64,000 nucleotides of DNA from a virus (taxonomy: Duplodnaviria; Caudoviricetes): the IMG/VR virus record IMGVR_UViG_2517572207_000003; one strand, written 5' to 3'. A program made the translations under genes and the position numbers. This document shows, one piece after another, positions 49,245 to 57,750 of this stretch. The notes under the pieces were generated by a model, which was given only the letters and a program-made list of their open reading frames with translations, was not told where the DNA came from and made no database searches. Position 1 is the stretch's first letter, and every line of letters starts with the position of its first letter.

Positions 49245-49482
49245 TTATCCATTCACTCTCCTTGAAGGTGGTATATAGGGGTATAGGGTAAGAGGCCAGA
49301 AGGCCCCCTGTTTAAGCGTTGTATGGCAACTCCGTAACCTCTGCTTCACAATCTTCATCTGTCATGGTAGCAAGCAGGCTTTCTTCGTATCCGATCTCAC
49401 GCAGCAGTTTACGGTCATTGGTTTCAGTGTTCATTTTCATTCGCTCCTTTGATATTTATATTGGGTATAGGGTAAGAGGCTG

Positions 49483-49806
49483 TTATGCCTCCATAATTGC
49501 AATTTCTCTTTCATAGCGTTCCCAGTCATCTTCATCGAAACAATTCTTGTAATCCGACAATTCATTGCCGAAATACCCTATAACATCGTTAATTTCAATG
49601 CAGACGGAAGTCGGGCAAATCTTTGCATCATAGCCGCCTTCACATAAAAAATCATATCCCATCAAGTCTACAAAACCAGCAACGTCACTGTAGTCTAAAT
49701 GAACATATGCGAATACTGTTTGGTTTTTTTCAAAGTTTTGCGTGTACAGTCCAGTTTCACGCTCTCTCAAAAGATCATATAAATCCGGGTTCACTTGTCT
49801 GGACAT
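49483..49806 (-). CDS. Hypothetical acidic protein
   Basis: RBS AAGGAG; 107 aa. Confidence 0.65.
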   Translation of the reverse strand: MSRQVNPDLYDLLRERETGLYTQNFEKNQTVFAYVHLDYSDVAGFVDLMGYDFLCEGGYDAKICPTSVCIEINDVIGYFGNELSDYKNCFDEDDWERYEREIAIMEA

Positions 49807-49839
49807 GTATATCTCTCCTTTATAGGTAGTAGGGGGAAA

Positions 49840-50037
49840 CTATTTAATGTGAATTTCGCGCGGCTTATCCCCTCGGTACGGCCCGATTAGGTCCTCTTGT
49901 TCCATCCGGTCGATGATTTTAGCAGCCCATACATATCCAATACGCATTTTCCGCTGGAGGAACGTAACCGATGCTTTACGGTTGGCCTTCACTACCTCCA
50001 ATGCTTCCTCGTAACGTTCCAGCTTTTCTATGTTCAT
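49840..50037 (-). CDS. Stand-alone FtsK/SpoIIIE gamma domain protein
   Basis: YEEALEVV...ASVTFLQRKMRIGYVWAAKIIDRMEQEDLIGPYRGDKPREI; RBS AGGAG. Confidence 0.9.
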   Translation of the reverse strand: MNIEKLERYEEALEVVKANRKASVTFLQRKMRIGYVWAAKIIDRMEQEDLIGPYRGDKPREIHIK

Positions 50038-50079
50038 TTTTTATATCTCTCCTTTGGTGTAGTAGGGGGTGTATCCCCC

Positions 50080-50760
50080 TTAAAATAGGGTTAGTTGCAC
50101 CGAACGCCTTGGCTCGGCTGGCATCCATTGCTTGCCGTATTCCTGCATCCACTCCGCTACAGTCTTGCGCCGATTCCATTCGCTCCGGGGAATCCAGCTT
50201 GTATTGTCTCCCTGTACAGCAGCGTTGTACGGGGCAAACCATTTAGGTAGCATCATTCCTAACAGATGCACGCGAGCTCTGACAGGGCCACACAGCAAGC
50301 CATCAAGGTAACGAATTCGTTCTTCCTCAGACATTCGCACGGTCCCACCGATAAATACCAGTTGTTCCGTTTGCAGTAACCTCGTATCTCCCCCAGGTTG
50401 CAAAATGGGAACCGGATTGTATCCGCGCCGCCTCATATCCTGCAAATACCATGCTGTAGCTTCTGGGTTGCCAATCTCGTCATACTGCATGTACTGGTGA
50501 CGGGATTTAACATTACGGTCAATATAGGCCCGATAGCCTTGATAAGATATGCAATCCTCAGTAAACGTCCCAGGGTCCCATATCACCGCCCGATTCCGCA
50601 TGTATGGCTCAAGCCAACTGGGGTACTTTCGCAGCAGGGTCGCACTCAGGAGCCAGTACGGTACGCTGCTGGCCTGCTCTGCCAGGTGCTTCCGGTTTAC
50701 CCCGGCGACGTAGATAATCCGTTCCATGTTCATCGCCCTTTCTGCCGAGCTGCTTTCCAT
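50080..50760 (-). CDS. TGT/DpdA-like TIM-barrel protein
   Basis: VIWDPGTFT, YDEIGN, PVPILQ, FIGG, VHLLG, GDNTSW echo the TGT-like motif order; true start probably near 50733. Confidence 0.55.
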   Translation of the reverse strand: MESSSAERAMNMERIIYVAGVNRKHLAEQASSVPYWLLSATLLRKYPSWLEPYMRNRAVIWDPGTFTEDCISYQGYRAYIDRNVKSRHQYMQYDEIGNPEATAWYLQDMRRRGYNPVPILQPGGDTRLLQTEQLVFIGGTVRMSEEERIRYLDGLLCGPVRARVHLLGMMLPKWFAPYNAAVQGDNTSWIPRSEWNRRKTVAEWMQEYGKQWMPAEPRRSVQLTLF

Positions 50761-50923
50761 AGTCTTGTAATTGGCGACCTACAGGGCAATTCATTTTGCA
50801 GTGCTTATCCAACTTGGATGTAACACTGCCGTACTTACGATTAAATTCGTCCCGCGTTGGGCAACCGGAACATTTTTGCTCTAGTAGATCACCAATCGCT
50901 ATAACTGCATCTATCCGGTTCAT
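50609..50923 (-). CDS. Zinc-finger domain protein
   Basis: CSGC...HCKMNCPVGRQLQDYGKQL. Confidence 0.7.
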   Translation of the reverse strand: MNRIDAVIAIGDLLEQKCSGCPTRDEFNRKYGSVTSKLDKHCKMNCPVGRQLQDYGKQLGRKGDEHGTDYLRRRGKPEAPGRAGQQRTVLAPECDPAAKVPQLA

Positions 50924-51048
50924 GCTTGAACCCCCCTTATGGAGGGCTGTTCCCTCCTTCTTATCCACTGGGCCTATCCTCTCTACCCTTGGGGGCTATA
51001 CTTTTCATCGTTATTTTTTGGTATAATTTAATTAAAGGAGTTGATAAA

Positions 51049-51273
51049 ATGCTTGGTTTCGTACTTATACTTTTTGCAATTATTTTTTTCGCGCTTGGTA
51101 TTTTAAGTAAACGAAATCCCACTTGGGGATGGCGTGCAAACGAAGCCTGGAAGATCAAAGGTGACTCAGAACCAAGTGATGCATACATTAATGACATGAA
51201 ATTTAGAGGATCTGTATCTATACTCTTTGGGTCCTTCTTTTTAGTATGTGGACTTTTAGTTATATTCCTGTAA
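51049..51273 (+). CDS. Small membrane protein, DUF6199-like
   Basis: Near-identical to 6783-7004; RBS AAGGAG; TATAAT upstream. Confidence 0.75.
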   Translation: MLGFVLILFAIIFFALGILSKRNPTWGWRANEAWKIKGDSEPSDAYINDMKFRGSVSILFGSFFLVCGLLVIFL

Positions 51274-51289
51274 GTTCCACTTCCTATTC

Positions 51290-51970
51290 TCAATCATCAA
51301 AATACCCATATCCAAAAGGCACTTGCTGTTTAGCTGAAGCTCCTAAAATATCGTTTAGCATGTTTTCAAAAACACAAATCTGTTTTTCATCCATAGCTTC
51401 CAGCAAGCGCACTTCCTTAACCTTCAAAGATCGGCCTGCCGCTGTAGTAAGCAGTTCCATCACTGGCTTAATAGATTCTAGACGTTCCTTTTTCTCGTCT
51501 TCTACGCGCTTCCTTGCCGCCTGTTTACGGTTGTACTCTTCCCAATCTTGTTCATCAAACCAAAAATGATCGCCATATTTATCGCGAAATGCAGATATCC
51601 AGAATTGTAGCAACTCCTCATTTGTTTGTATCCGATCATGGCAAGGCCAGCAGAGCCGCAGGCCGTTTGTCTTGACTCCTCGTCCTTTTCTCCCGCGCGG
51701 ATAAACGTGATGAGTAGTCGTGGCTTCGGCGGCTTTGCAACATTCACAGATTCCGTTTGAATCAGCAATCAGTTCCGCAATTACATCCTTCGGGAATTCT
51801 CCACGCTCCTTGGTATTAGGCCGTGACTGGTGGTGAGAGAGAATATCTTTTTTCCATTCAGGAACAGGTTTTTTATCCTTTTTCCGTTGTTCAAGTCTGC
51901 TGTAAGCCTTCTTTTGCTTTGGCTTTTTCTCCGGCTTCCAAAATGTTTGATGGGACATTCCCCTCGCCAC
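51290..51970 (-). CDS. HNH endonuclease domain protein
   Basis: CECC...HHVYPR...NGLRLCWPCH. Confidence 0.8.
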   Translation of the reverse strand: MARGMSHQTFWKPEKKPKQKKAYSRLEQRKKDKKPVPEWKKDILSHHQSRPNTKERGEFPKDVIAELIADSNGICECCKAAEATTTHHVYPRGRKGRGVKTNGLRLCWPCHDRIQTNEELLQFWISAFRDKYGDHFWFDEQDWEEYNRKQAARKRVEDEKKERLESIKPVMELLTTAAGRSLKVKEVRLLEAMDEKQICVFENMLNDILGASAKQQVPFGYGYFDD

Positions 51971-52030
51971 CTTTCCGACAATTTAAATTCGTTTTTCCTT
52001 TGCTTATGCTTATATTTTGAGCCTAAACCA

Positions 52031-52213
52031 CTACGGCTCCACTACGGATTTTAGAGGTTCAAGCAAGCCAGCTTCCTCTAAAATGGAATAATAATTATAT
52101 CTTTCTTCCGTTGTTACACGCACTTTATTTATCGTATGGGATGCGTAGAAGGCCACGGCCTGCTGTACTTCAATAGGTTCTTCATCAAGCTTGTTCAAGT
52201 CGAGCTTTTTCAC
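52031..52213 (-). CDS. Hypothetical protein
   Basis: Coupled 60-aa ORF. Confidence 0.6.
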   Translation of the reverse strand: MKKLDLNKLDEEPIEVQQAVAFYASHTINKVRVTTEERYNYYSILEEAGLLEPLKSVVEP

Positions 52214-52398
52214 GAACTACTCTCCCTTACAAGGTGATCGTATTTTTCTTCAAACACACTCTTTAAATTTGATGGTAAGGTTTCAATAACTTCTTCCCAC
52301 AAACTCAGCAATTCATTGTTATGAGAGTTATATTTCTGAATCTGAGCGTATCGTTCCGACAAAGCTGTGGTAAATTCGTCAGCCTCTTGTTTCGTCAT
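52210..52398 (-). CDS. Hypothetical protein
   Basis: RBS GGAGG; 62 aa. Confidence 0.6.
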   Translation of the reverse strand: MTKQEADEFTTALSERYAQIQKYNSHNNELLSLWEEVIETLPSNLKSVFEEKYDHLVRESSS

Positions 52399-52710
52399 AT
52401 CCGCCCTCCTATATGTTTTCGGTTCCTATACAAGGTTGCTCGTTCGGATACAGTGTTGCGTAATCGAATCATTCAGCGTAGGAAAAGTTTCCTTAACTGA
52501 TCTTGGCTTGTGCCAACCTCACCGCATGATCCCGGTGAACGCTCTGAGCTTAATGACCTGTTTATACTCGCTCAGACGAGTTTTTAATTCTTTGATCCAA
52601 ATTGTAAGTAGGATGAAGTTCCACTCGAATTCCCAAAACCCGTCTTGCAGAATACCCATTGCTTGTATGTTTTTCTCATAATCAGCGCCTCCATTTTATA
52701 TGCAATATAC

Positions 52711-52765
52711 AATATGCAAACTCGTATATTTGTTTGTAAACCAATAATATACGAGTTTGCATATT
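52711..52765. promoter_or_regulatory. 20-bp perfect inverted repeat upstream of an XRE gene
   Basis: AATATGCAAACTCGTATATT-N15-AATATACGAGTTTGCATATT. Confidence 0.6.
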
Positions 52766-52828
52766 CAGTCAATAGATATTGATAAAAAATATACAACATC
52801 GTATAATGCATTGTATTGAGGTGATATC

Positions 52829-53047
52829 ATGGCTAAGGTTGTTAGGGTGCGTCCCAATTTGACAAACATTTTGAAAGAAAGGGATATGACCCAAAATCAA
52901 CTATCTGAACTTAGTGGAGTTCCGCAAGCTTCTATCAGTCGATTCGACAAAAACGAGCGTCACGAAGCAAATATTTTATTCTCGATCTCAAAAGCACTTA
53001 ATATTTCCATTGAAGATTTATTTGTTGAGGAGCAAGAGGAAGTATGA
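52829..53047 (+). CDS. XRE HTH regulator
   Basis: MTQNQLSELSGVPQASISRF...ISKALNISIEDLF. Confidence 0.9.
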   Translation: MAKVVRVRPNLTNILKERDMTQNQLSELSGVPQASISRFDKNERHEANILFSISKALNISIEDLFVEEQEEV

Positions 53048-53071
53048 CCTCTGTGCTCCTTTTATTTATCC

Positions 53072-53299
53072 TCAGATTGGGGTAAGCAGCCTTTCGAGTC
53101 GCATGATTTCTTTCTGCTGGTACTGAATAAGATCAATTGCCTCCTCCAGCGCCATAAGCTTCCAGTCATAGGCCATATCTGATACCTGGTCTATAGTTGT
53201 TCCGTATTTCTTAAGACCTTTCTCATTTTGCTTGTCCAGCAATTCTATGATCCGCTGTGTTACTTCCGGACGTTTAATTTCATTTTGAGAGCGCTTCAT
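53072..53299 (-). CDS. Hypothetical phage protein
   Basis: KGLKKYGTT...ALEEAIDLIQY motif common in phage proteins. Confidence 0.7.
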   Translation of the reverse strand: MKRSQNEIKRPEVTQRIIELLDKQNEKGLKKYGTTIDQVSDMAYDWKLMALEEAIDLIQYQQKEIMRLERLLTPI

Positions 53300-53610
53300 T
53301 TAATTTCCTCCTCCGTTCTCGGTAGAATAAGCGTACCACCGTAATACTCCATCTCTGCCTGATTAGGATCACTCACCGGACCCCAATGGTTATTGGTTTG
53401 CATGATACGAACAATATCAGTGGCATATGGTTCGTCTGTGTTAACTACCAGATACGTATTAAGTGGAGGCTTTCCATCCAGAAGCCGCAGCTCCTGAACC
53501 TTCCACAAAATCCGAGATAGATCACTTTTCTCACGTTCATCAAGGTATTTATTGATATCCTCATTTTTTAATACGGTGAATTTTACTTGCATTCCGGCTA
53601 GTCCTGACAT
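53296..53610 (-). CDS. Hypothetical phage protein
   Basis: YLVVNTDEPYA motif. Confidence 0.7.
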   Translation of the reverse strand: MSGLAGMQVKFTVLKNEDINKYLDEREKSDLSRILWKVQELRLLDGKPPLNTYLVVNTDEPYATDIVRIMQTNNHWGPVSDPNQAEMEYYGGTLILPRTEEEIK

Positions 53611-54079
53611 TTTTCCTCTCTCCTTCTGCTTGTTTTAAAAGTTTATTGATAGCTCGTTTCCGATCCGCTTTTTCTTTCTTGAACTGCTTGATCGGAATGA
53701 ATTCTCCTCGTTTTTTAGTGAGTATATCTATAGGTAAAGTCGGATATTTTGCTTGGAATAATTTCAATTTGACACGGAATGTCGATGTCTCTACACCCTT
53801 GATATCTATTACTCGCTGAGTATCGTCCAGATTAGTGACCAGAAAATCAGCAATGTAGGTCACTTTAGGTTTCTCCTGTAGTATAAATACAGGGTGGCAC
53901 TTGAAGTCTTTGATTTCTCCATACTTGCGCTGACGAAGGAGTTCTTGGCAATACTCTCCCTCTGCTTTGCTATCAAAGAGTGTGCCTATCACATCTAATT
54001 CGTACCTTTTTACAATCCATTCCTCGAATAGTGTTCCATCGGCTGTAACAATCACTTTTTTGGCATTGTATTTACTCAT
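53561..54079 (-). CDS. DUF1064 PD-(D/E)xK nuclease-like protein
   Basis: MSKYNAKK, FDSKAE, YIADF, DIKG. Confidence 0.88.
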   Translation of the reverse strand: MSKYNAKKVIVTADGTLFEEWIVKRYELDVIGTLFDSKAEGEYCQELLRQRKYGEIKDFKCHPVFILQEKPKVTYIADFLVTNLDDTQRVIDIKGVETSTFRVKLKLFQAKYPTLPIDILTKKRGEFIPIKQFKKEKADRKRAINKLLKQAEGERKNVRTSRNASKIHRIKK

Positions 54080-55198
54080 CTATCCAGCCACCCTATAAGG
54101 GAGAACAATGTAGAAACTGGACTCGTCACTCCGAAGAGTGAGAGGCTTTAAAGAACCAGTGTACCCGAGTGTAATTACATCGTTTTCTAAGACCTTCAAT
54201 GCATCCAACACATATTTTGCATTCAACGTCAGGTTGAAATTTTCTCCATTGAAACTAATTGGTGTTATACTTTCTGTTGCCTTGCCCGTTTCCTTCCCCT
54301 TACCTCGAATGTTAATTTCTTTTTCTGAAACAGAGAATGTGACAGCGTTATTTTTTTCTTCTTTCGCCAATGTAAAAATAAGCTCTAATGATTCGATCAG
54401 TTCTTTCCGGTTCACGGTTATTTCGGTAACTGCTTTAATAGCCATAGCATGGGTTGTATCAGGATAAATTCCTTCTAAAACACGGGAATAAAATATAAAT
54501 CTTTCTGTTCGTGCGAACGCATTTATTACATCTCCGCCAGAAGACTTGGAAAAACCGAATTCTACTTCATCGTTGTCATTAACGATCTTCTGTAACTCAA
54601 TTATTCCTCTGGCTTCAATAACAGCCGTGCCGATATTTCCAATATCAAATTCTCTTTCAGCATGGGCCAATCGGTGTCGGTTCGTTGCCACCATTTGAAT
54701 TTTCCCGGTCTGAAGAATAACGTTTACCCCTGTAATGATAGGCAATGATTTTCCGTCTATATCTGCCGCGAAAACTGTCTTTTTGATCAGATTTTTTAAG
54801 TCTTTTCCCTTAATCTCAACAAACTCATTTTCATGTATCTCTGGAGGAGCAGGATATTCTTCTGGAGGCATTCCAGTTATCTCAATCTCCTTATTCCGTG
54901 ACTTTATGGTGACTTGATTCCCATTTTTAACTTGCAGTTCTATTTTCCCATTGATCTTTTGAAGAATATCCAATAGAACTTTAGGCAGTGCCGCCGAACC
55001 AGTCTCTTTGATGTCTATGTTTTCCTCGACAAATGATTGGATAGTTGCTCGGTCATCGGTACCAGTAACGGTTACCCTGTCCTCCGTTGCTTCGATCAAA
55101 AAGCAACTCAATATGGGGATTATTACTTTTGTTGAAATTGCCTTGCTGGCATCTTCTAAAGCCTCAGCTAATAGAGCGCTGTCCACTACTATATTCAT
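54080..55198 (-). CDS. dnaN: DNA polymerase III beta sliding clamp (phage copy)
   Basis: IPILSCFLI, VATNRHRLA, SRVLEGIYPD, NAKYVLDAL, IVLPYR. Confidence 0.92.
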   Translation of the reverse strand: MNIVVDSALLAEALEDASKAISTKVIIPILSCFLIEATEDRVTVTGTDDRATIQSFVEENIDIKETGSAALPKVLLDILQKINGKIELQVKNGNQVTIKSRNKEIEITGMPPEEYPAPPEIHENEFVEIKGKDLKNLIKKTVFAADIDGKSLPIITGVNVILQTGKIQMVATNRHRLAHAEREFDIGNIGTAVIEARGIIELQKIVNDNDEVEFGFSKSSGGDVINAFARTERFIFYSRVLEGIYPDTTHAMAIKAVTEITVNRKELIESLELIFTLAKEEKNNAVTFSVSEKEINIRGKGKETGKATESITPISFNGENFNLTLNAKYVLDALKVLENDVITLGYTGSLKPLTLRSDESSFYIVLPYRVAG

Positions 55199-55326
55199 AT
55201 GGTCCGTCCTCCTTTACCGTGTCCTTCTTGGCATTTGGGTTACATTCTGGGCATGGACCTAGTATCATCATGGAGCCAATGAAACTGTATGCAACCTTTG
55301 TGTCTTCGCATGCTCTACACATACCG

Positions 55327-56283
55327 TTAATCCCTCCGTCTATTTCTACCACCCACCGGCAGTATCTTTACAAATGGTTCTATTCGCTCAAAGATCCGGG
55401 CCGCTTTTTTGTCATTCTGTTTCTGTTCGCTCGGCTTGCTGTCTTTCACATTCACCAAATGCTGTTTCAGCTCACTCATGGTTAAATTCGATGTGTAGAT
55501 CGTCGTTAGGCGTTCCATCCGCCGCTGAAGTATTGGTCCCAGGACTTCATCCCTTGTCCAAGTCGTTAATGACTCGGCCCCGATATCGTCCAATATCAAC
55601 ACAGGAACAGTTCTCAAAGCATCAAGTTTGCTTTCAACAGTCTCTGTCTTTGAGCCAATTGCATCCTTGACCTCCAGTAGAAAATCAGGGACATAGACCA
55701 TCAGTACGCTTACGTCACGCTTAGCCAACTCTTGGGCAATGGCTCCAACAATACGACTTTTGCCTACACCCATTTGACCGTAAAAGTACAAACCTTTTGT
55801 TGTTTCACCTGGTACAAATTCATCACAAAAGTTTATTGCCGCCGCAATTGCAGATATTCGCTGCGGGTCAGGTTCAATGTCCTCAAAAGTTGCATTTAGG
55901 ATGTGATCCGGGATGTAATGACTCTTTATCCTCTGACCTATTCCTTGTTCTCTTTCGTGAGCGACCAGCAATGGGCATTTTTGAAGTCGGAAGACTAGTT
56001 CATCACCTTTAGTCGGACTAGGTTCCGCAACGCTTGTATGCCCCTTCTGTTCGTTCTGGCAAGCCAGTAACCCCGGACACTCGCTGCATTTATCGCAATA
56101 GGATATATGCTGTGATAGATCTCTATATCGTTTGGGTTCTGTCAAATCGTCCGTTCTGTCTGGAAACTCAGCTTTCAGCCGATGAACCTCAGGATGGTTT
56201 GCTAGACGTTCCAGCACCGCAGCCTGTCTCTTGGCAAAACCAGCGGGTATTAATGCCTTTAGTTCTTTTCCGAAGCTCTCCAT
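55327..56283 (-). CDS. dnaI: DnaI-like helicase loader
   Basis: Cys cluster; GQMGVGKS; LILDDIGAE; WTRDEVLGPILQRRM; YTSN. Confidence 0.9.
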   Translation of the reverse strand: MESFGKELKALIPAGFAKRQAAVLERLANHPEVHRLKAEFPDRTDDLTEPKRYRDLSQHISYCDKCSECPGLLACQNEQKGHTSVAEPSPTKGDELVFRLQKCPLLVAHEREQGIGQRIKSHYIPDHILNATFEDIEPDPQRISAIAAAINFCDEFVPGETTKGLYFYGQMGVGKSRIVGAIAQELAKRDVSVLMVYVPDFLLEVKDAIGSKTETVESKLDALRTVPVLILDDIGAESLTTWTRDEVLGPILQRRMERLTTIYTSNLTMSELKQHLVNVKDSKPSEQKQNDKKAARIFERIEPFVKILPVGGRNRRRD

Positions 56284-56289
56284 GTGGCA

Positions 56290-57300
56290 TCAACCTCCCT
56301 GTTTAGCCCTCAATTTTACAAGCATGTTCTGAATGTCCACTTGGGTATATTCGCTTGTTGGGACTTCTATTTCCGGTTCCACCTCATCCAGTGGCGTTTC
56401 ATCCTCTTTGCTCTTGCTATCAACTTCTCGCAATGCATGCAAGGAGAAAATAATTGTCGCACAATAACTCAGACTCCGTATCCCATCGCGCTTATGCTTA
56501 GGTTTAAATTTGTCAAAGGATTGATCAATTCCGTCCAAGGCGGTTTGAAGCGGTACACTAGCAGCTAGCAATTCATCAATGCTCGTTTCGTCGGCTGCTG
56601 TAATGTGTAGTCCTTTTCCCCTGCGCTGCAAGTACTTGTTGGCAATGGCGTTGCGATAGTCAATATCCGAAGATGATATTTCATCCTGTCCAGAGTCGGC
56701 ATCTGTTTCAGGAGTGACAGGAACGGCATCCTGTCGGGTGAACGGTATCCCCTCATCTTCGGATTTGATTTCAGTCTCGGGCGTCAAACACCAACAACTA
56801 TCTTTTTCTAGTTCTAAATCTAATTCTTTATCTGTTTCGTTACCGATCGTTACTGTAACGTTACTAGTAGCGTTTCCTGTAACAGGAGAATTTGCTTCAC
56901 CTGAACCAAGCTGCTTCTGCTTATCCCGATATTTTTGAACTCTCTTTTTAGTTTGTTCTCTGACCTTCTCCATACCGTCTACATTCTGATGCTTCTCCCA
57001 GTTAGGCAGAAAGAAAGCTCCTTGCTCAGATACTTCCAGCATCCCAAATCTTTCAAAGATGGATAGAGCCATTTTTATAACTGGCAGCGGCCTCTTGATC
57101 ACTGAAATCAACATGTCCTCTGTATATGGAATAGTTTCGGTCAGCATGATGTAACCGCCCATATTTGATCTTCCTGTCATAGTCATTAGCTTAAGCCATA
57201 TAACAATGATCGTGTCAGCTTCGGGCATATCTTCGATGATTTTAATTTTTTCGTCGTCAAACATGCCAGTACTGAGCTTGATCCATTTAATTTCTGCCAT
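56290..57300 (-). CDS. Phage replisome organizer (replication initiator)
   Basis: IKWIKLSTGMFDDEKIK...NWEKHQN N-terminal domain. Confidence 0.9.
   Translation of the reverse strand: MAEIKWIKLSTGMFDDEKIKIIEDMPEADTIIVIWLKLMTMTGRSNMGGYIMLTETIPYTEDMLISVIKRPLPVIKMALSIFERFGMLEVSEQGAFFLPNWEKHQNVDGMEKVREQTKKRVQKYRDKQKQLGSGEANSPVTGNATSNVTVTIGNETDKELDLELEKDSCWCLTPETEIKSEDEGIPFTRQDAVPVTPETDADSGQDEISSSDIDYRNAIANKYLQRRGKGLHITAADETSIDELLAASVPLQTALDGIDQSFDKFKPKHKRDGIRSLSYCATIIFSLHALREVDSKSKEDETPLDEVEPEIEVPTSEYTQVDIQNMLVKLRAKQGG
56832..56886. other. Candidate replication origin iterons inside the initiator gene
   Basis: Clustered CGTTAC/GTAAC repeats, including GTAACGTTAC. Confidence 0.5.
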
Positions 57301-57334
57301 GTTTCAACCTCTTCTCAGCTTTTGAATCATAAAT

Positions 57335-57742
57335 CTACCTGTTTGCGCTGGCGTTGTTACCAAACTCCGCTAGCAGAACCTTGAGGCTGTATTTTAAAGA
57401 GTTTATTACCTGATCATTACTTTCTACAGCATTGCTCCAGCGGACCTTATCGGCTTCCGCATCTGCTTCTTGGGTGCGAAGATCAATGACCGCCAATTCC
57501 GCTCGCTGCTCCCTAAGATTCTCTGCCGCTATATATGCTTCAGCATAAACACGCTTTCTCTCAGCATATTTCTTCTTATAATCCCTTACGGCCTCAGCTG
57601 CCTTGCGCCCCAGGAGAATCTGGACTTCGGTCAACAATTCAATCTTACGTGCCAGTGTAGCAGGGTAATCATGGCTGCATTGATCCGCAAGACTATAAAG
57701 CTCTCCGAGCGTATATTGTTTTTGTAGAGACAATGCAGCCAC
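57335..57742 (-). CDS. Hypothetical coiled-coil protein
   Basis: 135-aa ORF with RBS. Confidence 0.65.
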   Translation of the reverse strand: MAALSLQKQYTLGELYSLADQCSHDYPATLARKIELLTEVQILLGRKAAEAVRDYKKKYAERKRVYAEAYIAAENLREQRAELAVIDLRTQEADAEADKVRWSNAVESNDQVINSLKYSLKVLLAEFGNNASANR

Positions 57743-57750
57743 TCCTTTTT

